Source: Phycisphaerae bacterium (GTDB taxonomy: Bacteria; Planctomycetota; Phycisphaerae; UBA1845; Fen-1342). Taken from it: a DNA stretch of 64,000 nt. Shown piece by piece: positions 1 through 8,300 of the stretch; positions within the stretch are counted from its first letter, which is position 1, and every line of letters starts with the position of its first letter. A program made the position numbers and the translations under genes. The notes below the pieces were generated by a model that saw nothing but the letters and a program-made list of their open reading frames with translations, was not told the origin of the DNA and searched no databases. The stretch spans positions 32,001 through 96,000 of the forward strand of contig JASFQK010000017.1 of assembly GCA_050115495.1 (NCBI GenBank), read 5' to 3'.

Positions 1-1348
1 GCTGCGTGTGCCCGGCAGCCTGCATTTCGTCATCGTCGATCTTCACGCCGGCAAGGACACCAAGGAGATCCTCGCCAAGCTGAATCGCTGCTACCCGTTC
101 GCCGAGGACGACCTCCAGCGCAGCGTGCAGAAGTACCTCGGGCCGATCAACACGCGGCTCACCGGCGAAGCCGTCGCCGCCATTCGCGCCGGCGACGCCC
201 GCCGCGTCGGCAGATTAATGCGCGAGGCACAGGCCGTCTTCGACGAGCACTTGCAGCCGGCCTGCCCGAGCCAGCTCACGGCGCCCGTCCTGCACAAGGT
301 GCTGAGCTACGAGCCGATTCAACCCTACGTGCTCGGCGGCAAGGGCGTCGGTTCGCAGGGCGACGGCTCGGCGCAGTTCATCGTCAAGGACGAGCTCGCC
401 CAGCAGCGCGTGATCGAGATCCTCGAACGCGACCTGAAGCTCACCTGCCTCAAGCTCGACATCGAATGCGGCCGGCGGGTACGCAGGGCGGTCATCCCGG
501 CGGCGGGCTTCGGCACACGCCTCTTCCCCGCCAGCAAGGTGATGAAGAAGGAGATGTTCCCCGTCATCGACCGCACGGGCCGGGCCAAGCCCGTTATCCT
601 GGCCATCGTCGAGGAGGCGCTCTCGGCGGGGATCGAGCAAATCGCCATCATCATCCAGCCGGACGATCGCGGTTTCTTCGAGGAGTTCTTCGGCCCGCCA
701 CCCATCGAGCACTACAACAAGTTGCCGCGTGAGCAGCGCGAGTACGCCCAATACCTGCTGGACGTCGGCCGGCGGATCACCTGGCTGTCGCAGGAAAGCC
801 AGCAGGGTTTCGGCCACGCCGTGTACTGCGCCCGTGAGTGGGTCGGCGGCGAGCCGTTCCTGCTGCTGTTGGGCGATCACCTGTACGCCGCGGACGGCGA
901 CGAATCGTGCGCGCAGCAGATGGTGGACGCCTACGAGCGTTACGGGCACAGCGTGGTGGGGCTGAAGGTCACGGCCGCCGAGGAGGTGCAGCACTTCGGT
1001 TGCGTCGGCGGCGCGTGGCGCGAGGATGGGCGGGTGCTGTCGATCACCGAGTTCTGCGAGAAGCCGAATGCTGACTTCGCCCGCAAGCACCTGCGGGTCG
1101 AAGGGCTGGACGACGACCACTTCCTGACCGTCTTCGGGCAGTACGTCCTCGACCCGCAGATCTTCGAGCACCTGGGCGAGAACATCGTCCATAACGCCCG
1201 CGAGCAGGGCGAGTTCCAGTTGACGTCCTGCCTGGATCGCCTGCGGCAGGAGCAGGGTTTCACCGGCGTCGTCGTGCGGGGCCGGCGTTTTGACATCGGT
1301 TTGCCCGATGCCTACCGGCAGACCGTCATCGACTTTCGGCAGGCGTAG
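1..1348 (+). CDS. GHMP-kinase C-terminal region fused to UTP--glucose-1-phosphate uridylyltransferase (GalU-like); 5' end lies outside the window
   Basis: GHMP C-terminal motif GGKGVGSQGDG, then nucleotidyltransferase motifs AVIPAAGFGTRLFPASK..KEMFP, GFGHAV, LLLGD, EKP and RFDIG. Confidence 0.8.
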   Translation, partial: LRVPGSLHFVIVDLHAGKDTKEILAKLNRCYPFAEDDLQRSVQKYLGPINTRLTGEAVAAIRAGDARRVGRLMREAQAVFDEHLQPACPSQLTAPVLHKVLSYEPIQPYVLGGKGVGSQGDGSAQFIVKDELAQQRVIEILERDLKLTCLKLDIECGRRVRRAVIPAAGFGTRLFPASKVMKKEMFPVIDRTGRAKPVILAIVEEALSAGIEQIAIIIQPDDRGFFEEFFGPPPIEHYNKLPREQREYAQYLLDVGRRITWLSQESQQGFGHAVYCAREWVGGEPFLLLLGDHLYAADGDESCAQQMVDAYERYGHSVVGLKVTAAEEVQHFGCVGGAWREDGRVLSITEFCEKPNADFARKHLRVEGLDDDHFLTVFGQYVLDPQIFEHLGENIVHNAREQGEFQLTSCLDRLRQEQGFTGVVVRGRRFDIGLPDAYRQTVIDFRQA

Positions 1349-1368
1349 GGGCGAGGCCGGCGGCCCCG

Positions 1369-1397
1369 TTGCCAACGCCGCTCATCTCGCCTACGCT
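1369..1397 (+). promoter_or_regulatory. sigma70-type promoter for the TPP riboswitch transcript
   Basis: TTGCCA (1369-1374), 17-nt spacer, TACGCT (1392-1397); predicted TSS ~1403-1404, just before the aptamer. Confidence 0.55.
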
Positions 1398-1404
1398 CTG
1401 TTAT

Positions 1405-1532
1405 GGCTAGGGGTGGTCCGCCGCGGCGGACATGAGATCCGGGCACGGTCGGTCCGGAGACCCTGTGAACCTGATCAGTGCCAGGCCGACGGTCGCCGGC
1501 AGTGGTGGCCGCGGTCGACTGCGTAGGGAAGC
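1405..1532 (+). ncRNA. TPP (thi-box) riboswitch, variant with extended P5
   Basis: CTAGGGGTG, P3 hairpin, TGAGA, P3a hairpin, ACCC, GAACCTGATC...GCGTAGGGAAG; lies upstream of the thiC operon. Confidence 0.9.
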
Positions 1533-1536
1533 ACCC

Positions 1537-1575
1537 ATGCCACACGCATTCGCATTACACGAGTTCATCCAATGA
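1537..1575 (+). CDS. putative 12-aa leader peptide MPHAFALHEFIQ
   Basis: ATG 5 nt after AGGGAAG (aptamer 3' strand); its TGA overlaps the ATG of the next gene (ATGA at 1572-1575). Confidence 0.4.
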   Translation: MPHAFALHEFIQ

Positions 1576-2672
1576 TTGACCCGAGCACGCTGCGGGAGCT
1601 CTTCGAACACAACGACTGGGCCCGCGACAAGCTTATGACGCTGGCCGCCGATTTGACGGATGCCCAGCTCGACCGGCCATTCGAGATGGGCGAAGGGTCG
1701 TTGCGGGCGACGTTGCGGCACTACTACGGCGCTGAGCGTATCTGGGCGCAGCATGTCCGGATGCCCGGCTGCGAGGCGTTCCCGCATTCGCGCACGCTGG
1801 AAGCGGTCAGCGACCTGCGCCACACCGCCGACATCCTCGCCGAAGTGCGCCGCCGATGGCTGGACACCCTGCCGCCCGAAGCCATGGGGCAGACCGCCAC
1901 GTACACCACGAGCAAGGGTGAGACGTACACGACGCCGCTCGGGGATATCCTGCTGCACGTGTGTAACCACGGATTCCACCACCGCGCGCAGGCCCTGAAC
2001 ATGCTGCGGCACCTGGGCGTCGAGACGCCGATGCTCGACTTTCTGCTGATGAAGCTCGAACGACCGACGATCCCGATCACGCCCACGTTCAGCGATGGGC
2101 TGCGGGCGTTGGGACTGACCGTCCCCGAACAGACCGTCGCGGCGCGGCCGCTCGACCCGGAAACCATGCGTGCCGGCCACGCCTACGGCGACATGGCCAA
2201 TGAGCGTCTGTGCCGCCTGGCCGTCGAGTTGAGCGACGAGCAGCTCGACCGCCCCTTCGAAATCGGGTTGGGCACGCTCCGCAAGACGTTGCTGCACATT
2301 CGCGACGCCGAGCAGTGGTGGTACGAGAACTGGATTAACCCTGCGCCCGTTGAGTTCGCGAAGCTGCCGCCGGAGACGTCGATAGGCGACTTGCAGCGGC
2401 TTTTCGCCGAGACGACCGAGCGGCGCGATGCCTTCGTCGAGCAGGTTCGCGGACCGGACCTGGAGCGCGTCGTGACCGCGGAGGTCCGGCCGGGCGCATG
2501 CCTGAGCTTCCGTCTGGGGGAAACCATGCTTCAGCTCTTCGGCCACGGGACGCATCACCGGGCCCAGGCGCTGAACATGCTGCGGCACCTGGGAGCCGAG
2601 GTGCCGGCACTGGATTACATCGCGTGGCTGTGGGGGCGACAGCCGGGCGTCGCGGGGAACGAAAGGAGATAA
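1572..2672 (+). CDS. tandem (two-domain) DinB/YfiT-family metalloprotein
   Basis: Two repeats of LDRPFExGxGxLRxTLxH...H(G)xHHRAQALNMLRHLG. Confidence 0.85.
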   Translation: MIDPSTLRELFEHNDWARDKLMTLAADLTDAQLDRPFEMGEGSLRATLRHYYGAERIWAQHVRMPGCEAFPHSRTLEAVSDLRHTADILAEVRRRWLDTLPPEAMGQTATYTTSKGETYTTPLGDILLHVCNHGFHHRAQALNMLRHLGVETPMLDFLLMKLERPTIPITPTFSDGLRALGLTVPEQTVAARPLDPETMRAGHAYGDMANERLCRLAVELSDEQLDRPFEIGLGTLRKTLLHIRDAEQWWYENWINPAPVEFAKLPPETSIGDLQRLFAETTERRDAFVEQVRGPDLERVVTAEVRPGACLSFRLGETMLQLFGHGTHHRAQALNMLRHLGAEVPALDYIAWLWGRQPGVAGNERR

Positions 2673-2675
2673 CCG

Positions 2676-4226
2676 GTGACGCAGCTTCAATCCGCCCGTC
2701 AGGGCACCATCACCCCGGAGATGGTCCGGGTCGCCGCGCGAGAAGGCGTCGCGCCCGAGTTCATCCGTGAACACGTCGCCGCCGGCCGGATCATCATCCC
2801 CGCCAACAAGCGGCACCTGGCGGGTTCGAGCGGCAAGGAACCGTCGCAGCGTGCGGAATTCACGATCGACAGCTCGGCGGTCGGCCATCCCGGCTGTACG
2901 GCGAAGGCGGCGCTATGGGTCAACCAGACGGTCGCCCAGCGGCGACAGTGGCTCGACGACGCCAACTACTGCCGCGGCGAGCGGGCGGCCAAACGGCTCG
3001 ATCCGATCGGCATCGGCCGGGCGCTGACCACCAAGATCAACGCCAATATCGGCGCATCCCCCGTTTCCAGCGACACCGCCCACGAGGTCGAGAAGCTCCG
3101 CTGGGCACAGCTCTACGGCGCCGACACGCTGATGGACCTGTCCACCGGCGGTGATCTGGATGAGTGCCGCCAGCAGATCATCGACCACAGCACGATCCCC
3201 ATCGGTACGGTGCCCATCTACAGCATGATCGTCGGCCGCACTGTCGAGGAGCTCGACCACGACACGATCCTGAAGACGATCGCCCACCAGGCCGAACAGG
3301 GTGTCGACTACGTCACAATCCACGCCGGTATCCTGCGCGAGCACCTGGGGCTGATCCGCCGGCGGGTGTGCGGGCTGGTCAGCCGCGGCGGATCGCTGCT
3401 GGCCAAGTGGATGGTGCACCATCTCCAGCAGAATCCGATGTACGAGCTGTTCGACGAGATCAGCGCGATTCTGCGGCAGTATGACGTGGCATATTCGCTG
3501 GGCGACGGGATTCGGCCGGGCTGCCTGGCGGATGCGAGCGACCCGGCGCAGATCGCCGAGCTGCACGTGCTAGGCGAGCTGGTGCAGCGGGCGCGCGAAG
3601 CGGGCGTGCAGGCGATGGTCGAAGGACCGGGCCACATCCCGCTGAACGAGGTCGCCTGGAACATGGAGACCGAGCGGGCCGTGTGCGACGACGCCCCGTT
3701 CTACGTGCTCGGACCGGTGGTCACCGACGTTTTTCCCGGCTACGACCACATCACCAGCGCGATCGGGGCGTGCGAGGCGGCGCGGGCCGGGGCGGCGATG
3801 CTGTGCTACGTCACGCCCAAGGAGCACGTGGGCCTGCCCACGGCTGAAGACGTGCAGCAGGGCTGCGTGGCGTACAAGATCGCGGCCCACGCCGGCGATA
3901 TCGCCCGCGGCATCCACGGGGCGCGGCAGTGGGACGACGACATGAGCCGGGCCCGGGCGACGCTAAACTGGACAACGCAGTTTGAGCTCGCTTTCGACGG
4001 CGATACGGCCCGCGGGCTGCGCGGGGCCGAGCTGCCCGCAGATAGCGATTATTGTGCGATGTGCGGCCGCGACTGGTGCAGCCTGCGAACCAGCCGTACC
4101 GTAATGACCAGTAGCGAGCCGGACGATCCGGATGAGCCGCCCGCGGCGGGTGGCCCACAACGGCGACGGCCGAGCTGCTACGAAGAGCGGCGCCCGGGCG
4201 CGGGCGGCAGCGCTCAGGTCACGTGA
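2676..4226 (+). CDS. thiC: phosphomethylpyrimidine synthase
   Basis: KINANIGAS, MDLSTGG, MVEGPGH, GYDHITSAIG, LCYVTPKEH and C-terminal CAMCGRDWC Fe-S motif; downstream of a TPP riboswitch. Confidence 0.97.
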   Translation: MTQLQSARQGTITPEMVRVAAREGVAPEFIREHVAAGRIIIPANKRHLAGSSGKEPSQRAEFTIDSSAVGHPGCTAKAALWVNQTVAQRRQWLDDANYCRGERAAKRLDPIGIGRALTTKINANIGASPVSSDTAHEVEKLRWAQLYGADTLMDLSTGGDLDECRQQIIDHSTIPIGTVPIYSMIVGRTVEELDHDTILKTIAHQAEQGVDYVTIHAGILREHLGLIRRRVCGLVSRGGSLLAKWMVHHLQQNPMYELFDEISAILRQYDVAYSLGDGIRPGCLADASDPAQIAELHVLGELVQRAREAGVQAMVEGPGHIPLNEVAWNMETERAVCDDAPFYVLGPVVTDVFPGYDHITSAIGACEAARAGAAMLCYVTPKEHVGLPTAEDVQQGCVAYKIAAHAGDIARGIHGARQWDDDMSRARATLNWTTQFELAFDGDTARGLRGAELPADSDYCAMCGRDWCSLRTSRTVMTSSEPDDPDEPPAAGGPQRRRPSCYEERRPGAGGSAQVT

Positions 4227-4305
4227 CAGTCCTTGCCAGAGAGGTGTGCGCAGATCCATGGCCGGTCGCGGGGTGACATCAGCGGGGCGCCCGCCGTGGA
4301 GAGGG

Positions 4306-6018
4306 ATGCGGACGCGGCCGGCGCGGCGGCGCCGTCCATCAGGCGGACGCGCTGTGCCCTTCCTGCTGCTGGTGGTTGCGCTCGTCGCGCTCGTGCTGGG
4401 TGGACGCTGGTACTGGCGGCGGGCGACGCTGCGCTGGGCCGTGTCGGGGGCACTTTCCGCGCTGGCGACCGCCGACTCGCCCGCCGCGGAGGCGACGGCG
4501 CTGAGCAACTGGGCGCGGCAGACGTCGTCCGACTGGGCCGATCGCCGCGAGGAGTTGGTGCAGCTTCTGTGCAAGCAGGTGCGGGCGGGCGATCTGCATG
4601 GCCGCAAGCTGCTGACGTGGTTGACGGGGGCTGATTACGGCGATCGGGCGGACGACTGGGAGCGCTGGCACGAGGCCCGCGAGAAGCAGCGCGACGAGGG
4701 AGCGGAATACGCCGGCGAGGGTGGCGTGCGGCTCAAGCCCGGGTGGGAGGCGCGGATCGGTCTGACGGCGTGGTTCACCACGATTCTGCCGCTGGATGGC
4801 CAGATCTACGTGGCCACGCTGGGCATGGCGTACGACGATCCGCGCGATGAATACGACGGCGTGGTTCGCGTTGACGGCGTCAGCGGAGAGGCGGCGTTCA
4901 TCTTTCAGCCGAGCGACGGGCCGGAGCGCGACATCGTGGGTCTGGCCGCCGGCGACGGTTGCCTGTTCGCCGGCTGTCGCAACGGCGTCGTGTATTGCCT
5001 CGAACCGGACGGGACCGTGCGGTGGGAGGGACGCGCCGGAGCGGCGATCGACGGGCCGCCGCTGGCGATCGACGTGAACGGCGACGGCGTCATCGACGTG
5101 GCCGTGGTCACCGTCGAAGGCCGCGTGGTGGCAATGAGCGGTCACAGCGGGCAGACAATCTGGCGAACGCGAGCGTCGGGGTCATCCGGCGTGGGCGGAG
5201 CCGGCGCGGTGCTCACCGCCGGTAACCTGCTGGGTGGCACCGGGCGTGAAATCGTGGTGACGACGCCAGCCGGCGCGATGCGCGTTCTGGCGGCGCGGAC
5301 CGGCAACGTGCTGTGGGAGAACACGCTCGGGGCGGGCTGCCTGGCCGGAACGATCGTGACGGCGAGGCTGCGCGGTGGTAGTCCACCGGCGTACGTCGCC
5401 GATCGCCAGGCGCGCATCTGGACGCTGTTGCGGGCGGCGCCGGCGATGCAGACCGTGCTGTCCTGGGACCTTGTGCTGCACGAACAAGATGGCATCGTCG
5501 CGGGCCTGCGGACGCTCGCCCGTCGTGATCAGCCACCGCTGGTCATCGCCTGTGTCTCCGGCGGCGGCGACTGGGACGGCAGCGTCTGCGCTGCTGAGCC
5601 GGGCGGTGTGCGCTGGCGCTTCTCCCCTGGCGGCTATATCTGGGCCGCGCCGGCGCTGGCCGATCTGAACGGCGACAAGGAATCCGAGATCGTTCTCGCG
5701 ACGGCCGGCCGCAACGACGCCGAGACAGGTGCCGGACTGATCGTCGTGCTGTCAGCGTCCGGCCATTGCCTTCGCCGCATCACGCTGCCCGCAGCGCCGA
5801 CGTGCTCGCCTATCATTTCCGACGTTGACGGCGACAACGAGTTGGAAGTGCTCGTCGCCGACGCCGGCGGTTGGCTGCGCTGCTTCGATACCGGACGTAT
5901 GGGCGCGGTCGAATGGAGTGTCGGTGGCGGAGATAGCCACAACACACGCGATGCAGAAAACGCGTACAGATACGGCCAGGTTCCGCACGGTGTGCAGTGG
6001 CGCTGGACGCCGGAATGA
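4306..6018 (+). CDS. membrane-anchored PQQ-like/FG-GAP beta-propeller protein
   Basis: N-terminal TM helix; repeated DxNGDG/DVDGD motifs and GxxxW propeller blades; GGAGAGG RBS before ATG 4306. Confidence 0.7.
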   Translation: MRTRPARRRRPSGGRAVPFLLLVVALVALVLGGRWYWRRATLRWAVSGALSALATADSPAAEATALSNWARQTSSDWADRREELVQLLCKQVRAGDLHGRKLLTWLTGADYGDRADDWERWHEAREKQRDEGAEYAGEGGVRLKPGWEARIGLTAWFTTILPLDGQIYVATLGMAYDDPRDEYDGVVRVDGVSGEAAFIFQPSDGPERDIVGLAAGDGCLFAGCRNGVVYCLEPDGTVRWEGRAGAAIDGPPLAIDVNGDGVIDVAVVTVEGRVVAMSGHSGQTIWRTRASGSSGVGGAGAVLTAGNLLGGTGREIVVTTPAGAMRVLAARTGNVLWENTLGAGCLAGTIVTARLRGGSPPAYVADRQARIWTLLRAAPAMQTVLSWDLVLHEQDGIVAGLRTLARRDQPPLVIACVSGGGDWDGSVCAAEPGGVRWRFSPGGYIWAAPALADLNGDKESEIVLATAGRNDAETGAGLIVVLSASGHCLRRITLPAAPTCSPIISDVDGDNELEVLVADAGGWLRCFDTGRMGAVEWSVGGGDSHNTRDAENAYRYGQVPHGVQWRWTPE

Positions 6019-6113
6019 CGCGATATCCGCGCGTGTTCCGGAGGTCGGAAGGCGGGCATGCAGCGGCGCCGTCCGGACGTGTGACCAGCAGCAGCAAGGG
6101 GGAAAGCGAGCGC

Positions 6114-6178
6114 AAAAAAGCACGGGCGGGGGGTACGACCGACCGGGGGGAAATCGGTGCGCACCGCGCGCCGCCCGT
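6114..6178 (-). ncRNA. candidate ~65-nt small RNA (hairpin with C-rich loop ending in U6)
   Basis: TGnTATAAT at 6193-6185 immediately upstream; three stacked helices; TTTTTT at 6119-6114; no minus-strand gene upstream that would need a terminator. Confidence 0.5.
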
Positions 6179-6392
6179 ACAGTGATTATAGCAATGTTCT
6201 GGTCCGCAATCACGTCCGCGCAGCGTAAAAAAACGTCACGAACTGGCGGGCCGGCAACGACCGATAATTCGAAGCCCGCTTCCCCACCCCGCACGCCGGG
6301 AGCGGGCCCGAACACTCTCCCGGACCAGTCGCCCGCAGGCGGCAGCGCGGGTAGACTGCTGACAGAGCATCGAGGCTGGCTGAGGACGCGCC

Positions 6393-7046
6393 ATGGCTGA
6401 GACGGAGCGTTTGCAGGTCAACGAAATCTTCCATTCGGTTCAGGGCGAAGGGACCCGCGTCGGAGCACGCTGCGTCTTCGTCCGGCTAACCGGCTGTCAC
6501 CTGCGTTGCAGCTATTGCGACACGCAATACGCCTTCCAGGGCGGCGATATGCTCACCACGGCTGAGATTCTCGAACGCGTGCGGGCGTACGGTTGCCCCA
6601 CGGTCGAAGTCACCGGCGGTGAGCCGCTGCTCCAGCAGCCGGTGCACCCTCTCCTGCGGCAACTGGCCGACGAATACGCGACCGTGCTGCTCGAAACCTG
6701 CGGGGCCGTGTCCATCGCCGACGTGGATCCGCGGGTTGTTCGTATTGTAGACATTAAATGCCCGGGCAGCAGCCAATCAGACCGCAACGAGTGGTCAAAC
6801 ATGGAGCTGCTCACGGCGCGGGACGAGGTCAAGTTCGTCGTGCTCAACCGCACCGATTACAACTGGGCCAAGGACGTCATCGCCCGGTATGACCTGCTAG
6901 CCCGCTGCCCGGTGCTGATCGCCCCGGTGTTCGGCGTGCTCGAACCGGTGGACCTGACGAGCTGGATTCTCGAAGACCGGCTCGACGTGCGGCTGGGCCT
7001 GCAGCTGCACAAGGTCATCTGGCCGGCGACGAAGATGGGCGTTTGA
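6393..7046 (+). CDS. queE: 7-carboxy-7-deazaguanine synthase (radical SAM)
   Basis: EIFHSVQGEG, FVRLTGCHLRCSYCDT, TGGEPLLQ, QLHKVIW. Confidence 0.93.
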   Translation: MAETERLQVNEIFHSVQGEGTRVGARCVFVRLTGCHLRCSYCDTQYAFQGGDMLTTAEILERVRAYGCPTVEVTGGEPLLQQPVHPLLRQLADEYATVLLETCGAVSIADVDPRVVRIVDIKCPGSSQSDRNEWSNMELLTARDEVKFVVLNRTDYNWAKDVIARYDLLARCPVLIAPVFGVLEPVDLTSWILEDRLDVRLGLQLHKVIWPATKMGV

Positions 7047-7071
7047 GCAACGTGAGGTAGTAACGACGAAC

Positions 7072-7434
7072 ATGCGGGCGCGACTGACGAAAACCATCGA
7101 TTTTGAGGCGGCGCACTGGTTGCCGACGTTTCCCGAAGGGCACAAGTGCCGGCGGCTGCACGGCCACAGCTTTCGCGTCGAGATCGTCGTCGAGGGCGAA
7201 GTGGACGAGGCCCGCGGCTACCTGGTCGACTACGGCGAGATCAAGCGAGCCTGCGCCCCGGTGCGCGAGCAGCTCGACCACTACTGCCTCAACGAAATCC
7301 CCGGCCTCGAAAACCCCACCGCCGAAATGCTGGCCCGCTGGATCTGGCAGCAATTGCGGCCGGCCCTGCCGCTGTTGGCGGCGATCATCGTGCACGAAAC
7401 CTGCAACAGCGTTTGTGAATATCGCGGCGAGTGA
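7072..7434 (+). CDS. queD: 6-carboxytetrahydropterin synthase
   Basis: FEAAH, CRRLHGHS, LDH, NPTAE, ET; adjacent to queE. Confidence 0.95.
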   Translation: MRARLTKTIDFEAAHWLPTFPEGHKCRRLHGHSFRVEIVVEGEVDEARGYLVDYGEIKRACAPVREQLDHYCLNEIPGLENPTAEMLARWIWQQLRPALPLLAAIIVHETCNSVCEYRGE

Positions 7435-7452
7435 CGCGGCTGCCGAAGCCGG

Positions 7453-8136
7453 TCAGTTCATCCGCCAGGCGGCGCCGGGCTGCTGGGTCCGGCGGGCGCG
7501 GGTGATAGCGGCCAGTGTCCGGATGTGGTCGATGAGGATGCTGGTGCGGGCGGCGGCGTCGGGCTCGGCGAGCAAGTCCTGCCGCAGCTCGGCGTCGATG
7601 GGCAGACCGCTGGCGATGAGATCCGCCAGATCGCCGAGCTCCAGTTGCGTGTCGAAGAGCCGCAGCCAGTGGCCGAGAATCTCGGAATCGGCGACGGATT
7701 CGGCACGGAGCGTCTTCTGCAGCGTGCTGCGAAGGAACTTGAGCTGGCAAGGCATGCTCTTCGGCGGCAGCTCGAGCGAGGCGATGCGGGCCATGCGGTA
7801 CGGCTCGTGCGGCACCTCTTCGCAGATGCGGGCCCGGCCGACGCCGCGGAGAAGGATGTTGTAGTTGCCGTCGTCGAGCTCCTCGGAGGCGAGGATCTGG
7901 CCGATGCCGAGGACGGAGTGAATGGGGGCCCGCAATGTGTAGTACGCCGGCTCGAAACCGGGCTTGAGCAGGGCCGTTGCCATGATACGGTCGCCGGCGA
8001 GGGCGTCGGCGGTCATCTCACGATAGCGCGGCTCGAAGACGTGCAGCGGCAACACGGCGCGCGGAAAGAGCACGACCTCCGGCAGTGGGAAGATCGGTAC
8101 GACCGAGGGAATCTCGATGATCTGATCGTCCAGCAA
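7453..8136 (-). CDS. LON peptidase substrate-binding (Lon N-terminal) domain protein
   Basis: PIFPLPEVVLFP..LPLHVFEPRYREM and DGNYNILLRG; TTG start with GAGG RBS; TATAAT at 8179-8174. Confidence 0.85.
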   Translation of the reverse strand: MLDDQIIEIPSVVPIFPLPEVVLFPRAVLPLHVFEPRYREMTADALAGDRIMATALLKPGFEPAYYTLRAPIHSVLGIGQILASEELDDGNYNILLRGVGRARICEEVPHEPYRMARIASLELPPKSMPCQLKFLRSTLQKTLRAESVADSEILGHWLRLFDTQLELGDLADLIASGLPIDAELRQDLLAEPDAAARTSILIDHIRTLAAITRARRTQQPGAAWRMN

Positions 8137-8300
8137 GGGCGAAAGTGCCTCACGAGCAAGTGCCAACAACGGGATTATAGTCCCATTCCGGCGTTCGGCA
8201 CGGTTGATTGTCGATCGAGCTGGCGGCGTAGCGGGAAGATGCCCGCTGCGTAGAGGACGATCGGCGGGTGGAACCCGCCCTACGCCGCGGACGCGACGTT

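Noticed and set aside
6194..6237. preQ1-I riboswitch-like string (GGTCCGCAATCA...CGTAAAAAAAC) upstream of queE
   Set aside because: P1 pairs poorly, it lies ~155 nt from the start with a TAGACT -10 (6352) in between, and the A-tract fits an UP element of the opposite-strand promoter. A cmsearch with RF00522 would settle it.
6393..7434. queE/queD as part of a 7-deazaguanine DNA-modification (dpd) island
   Set aside because: No dpdA/tgt paralog or defence genes nearby; the context is housekeeping.
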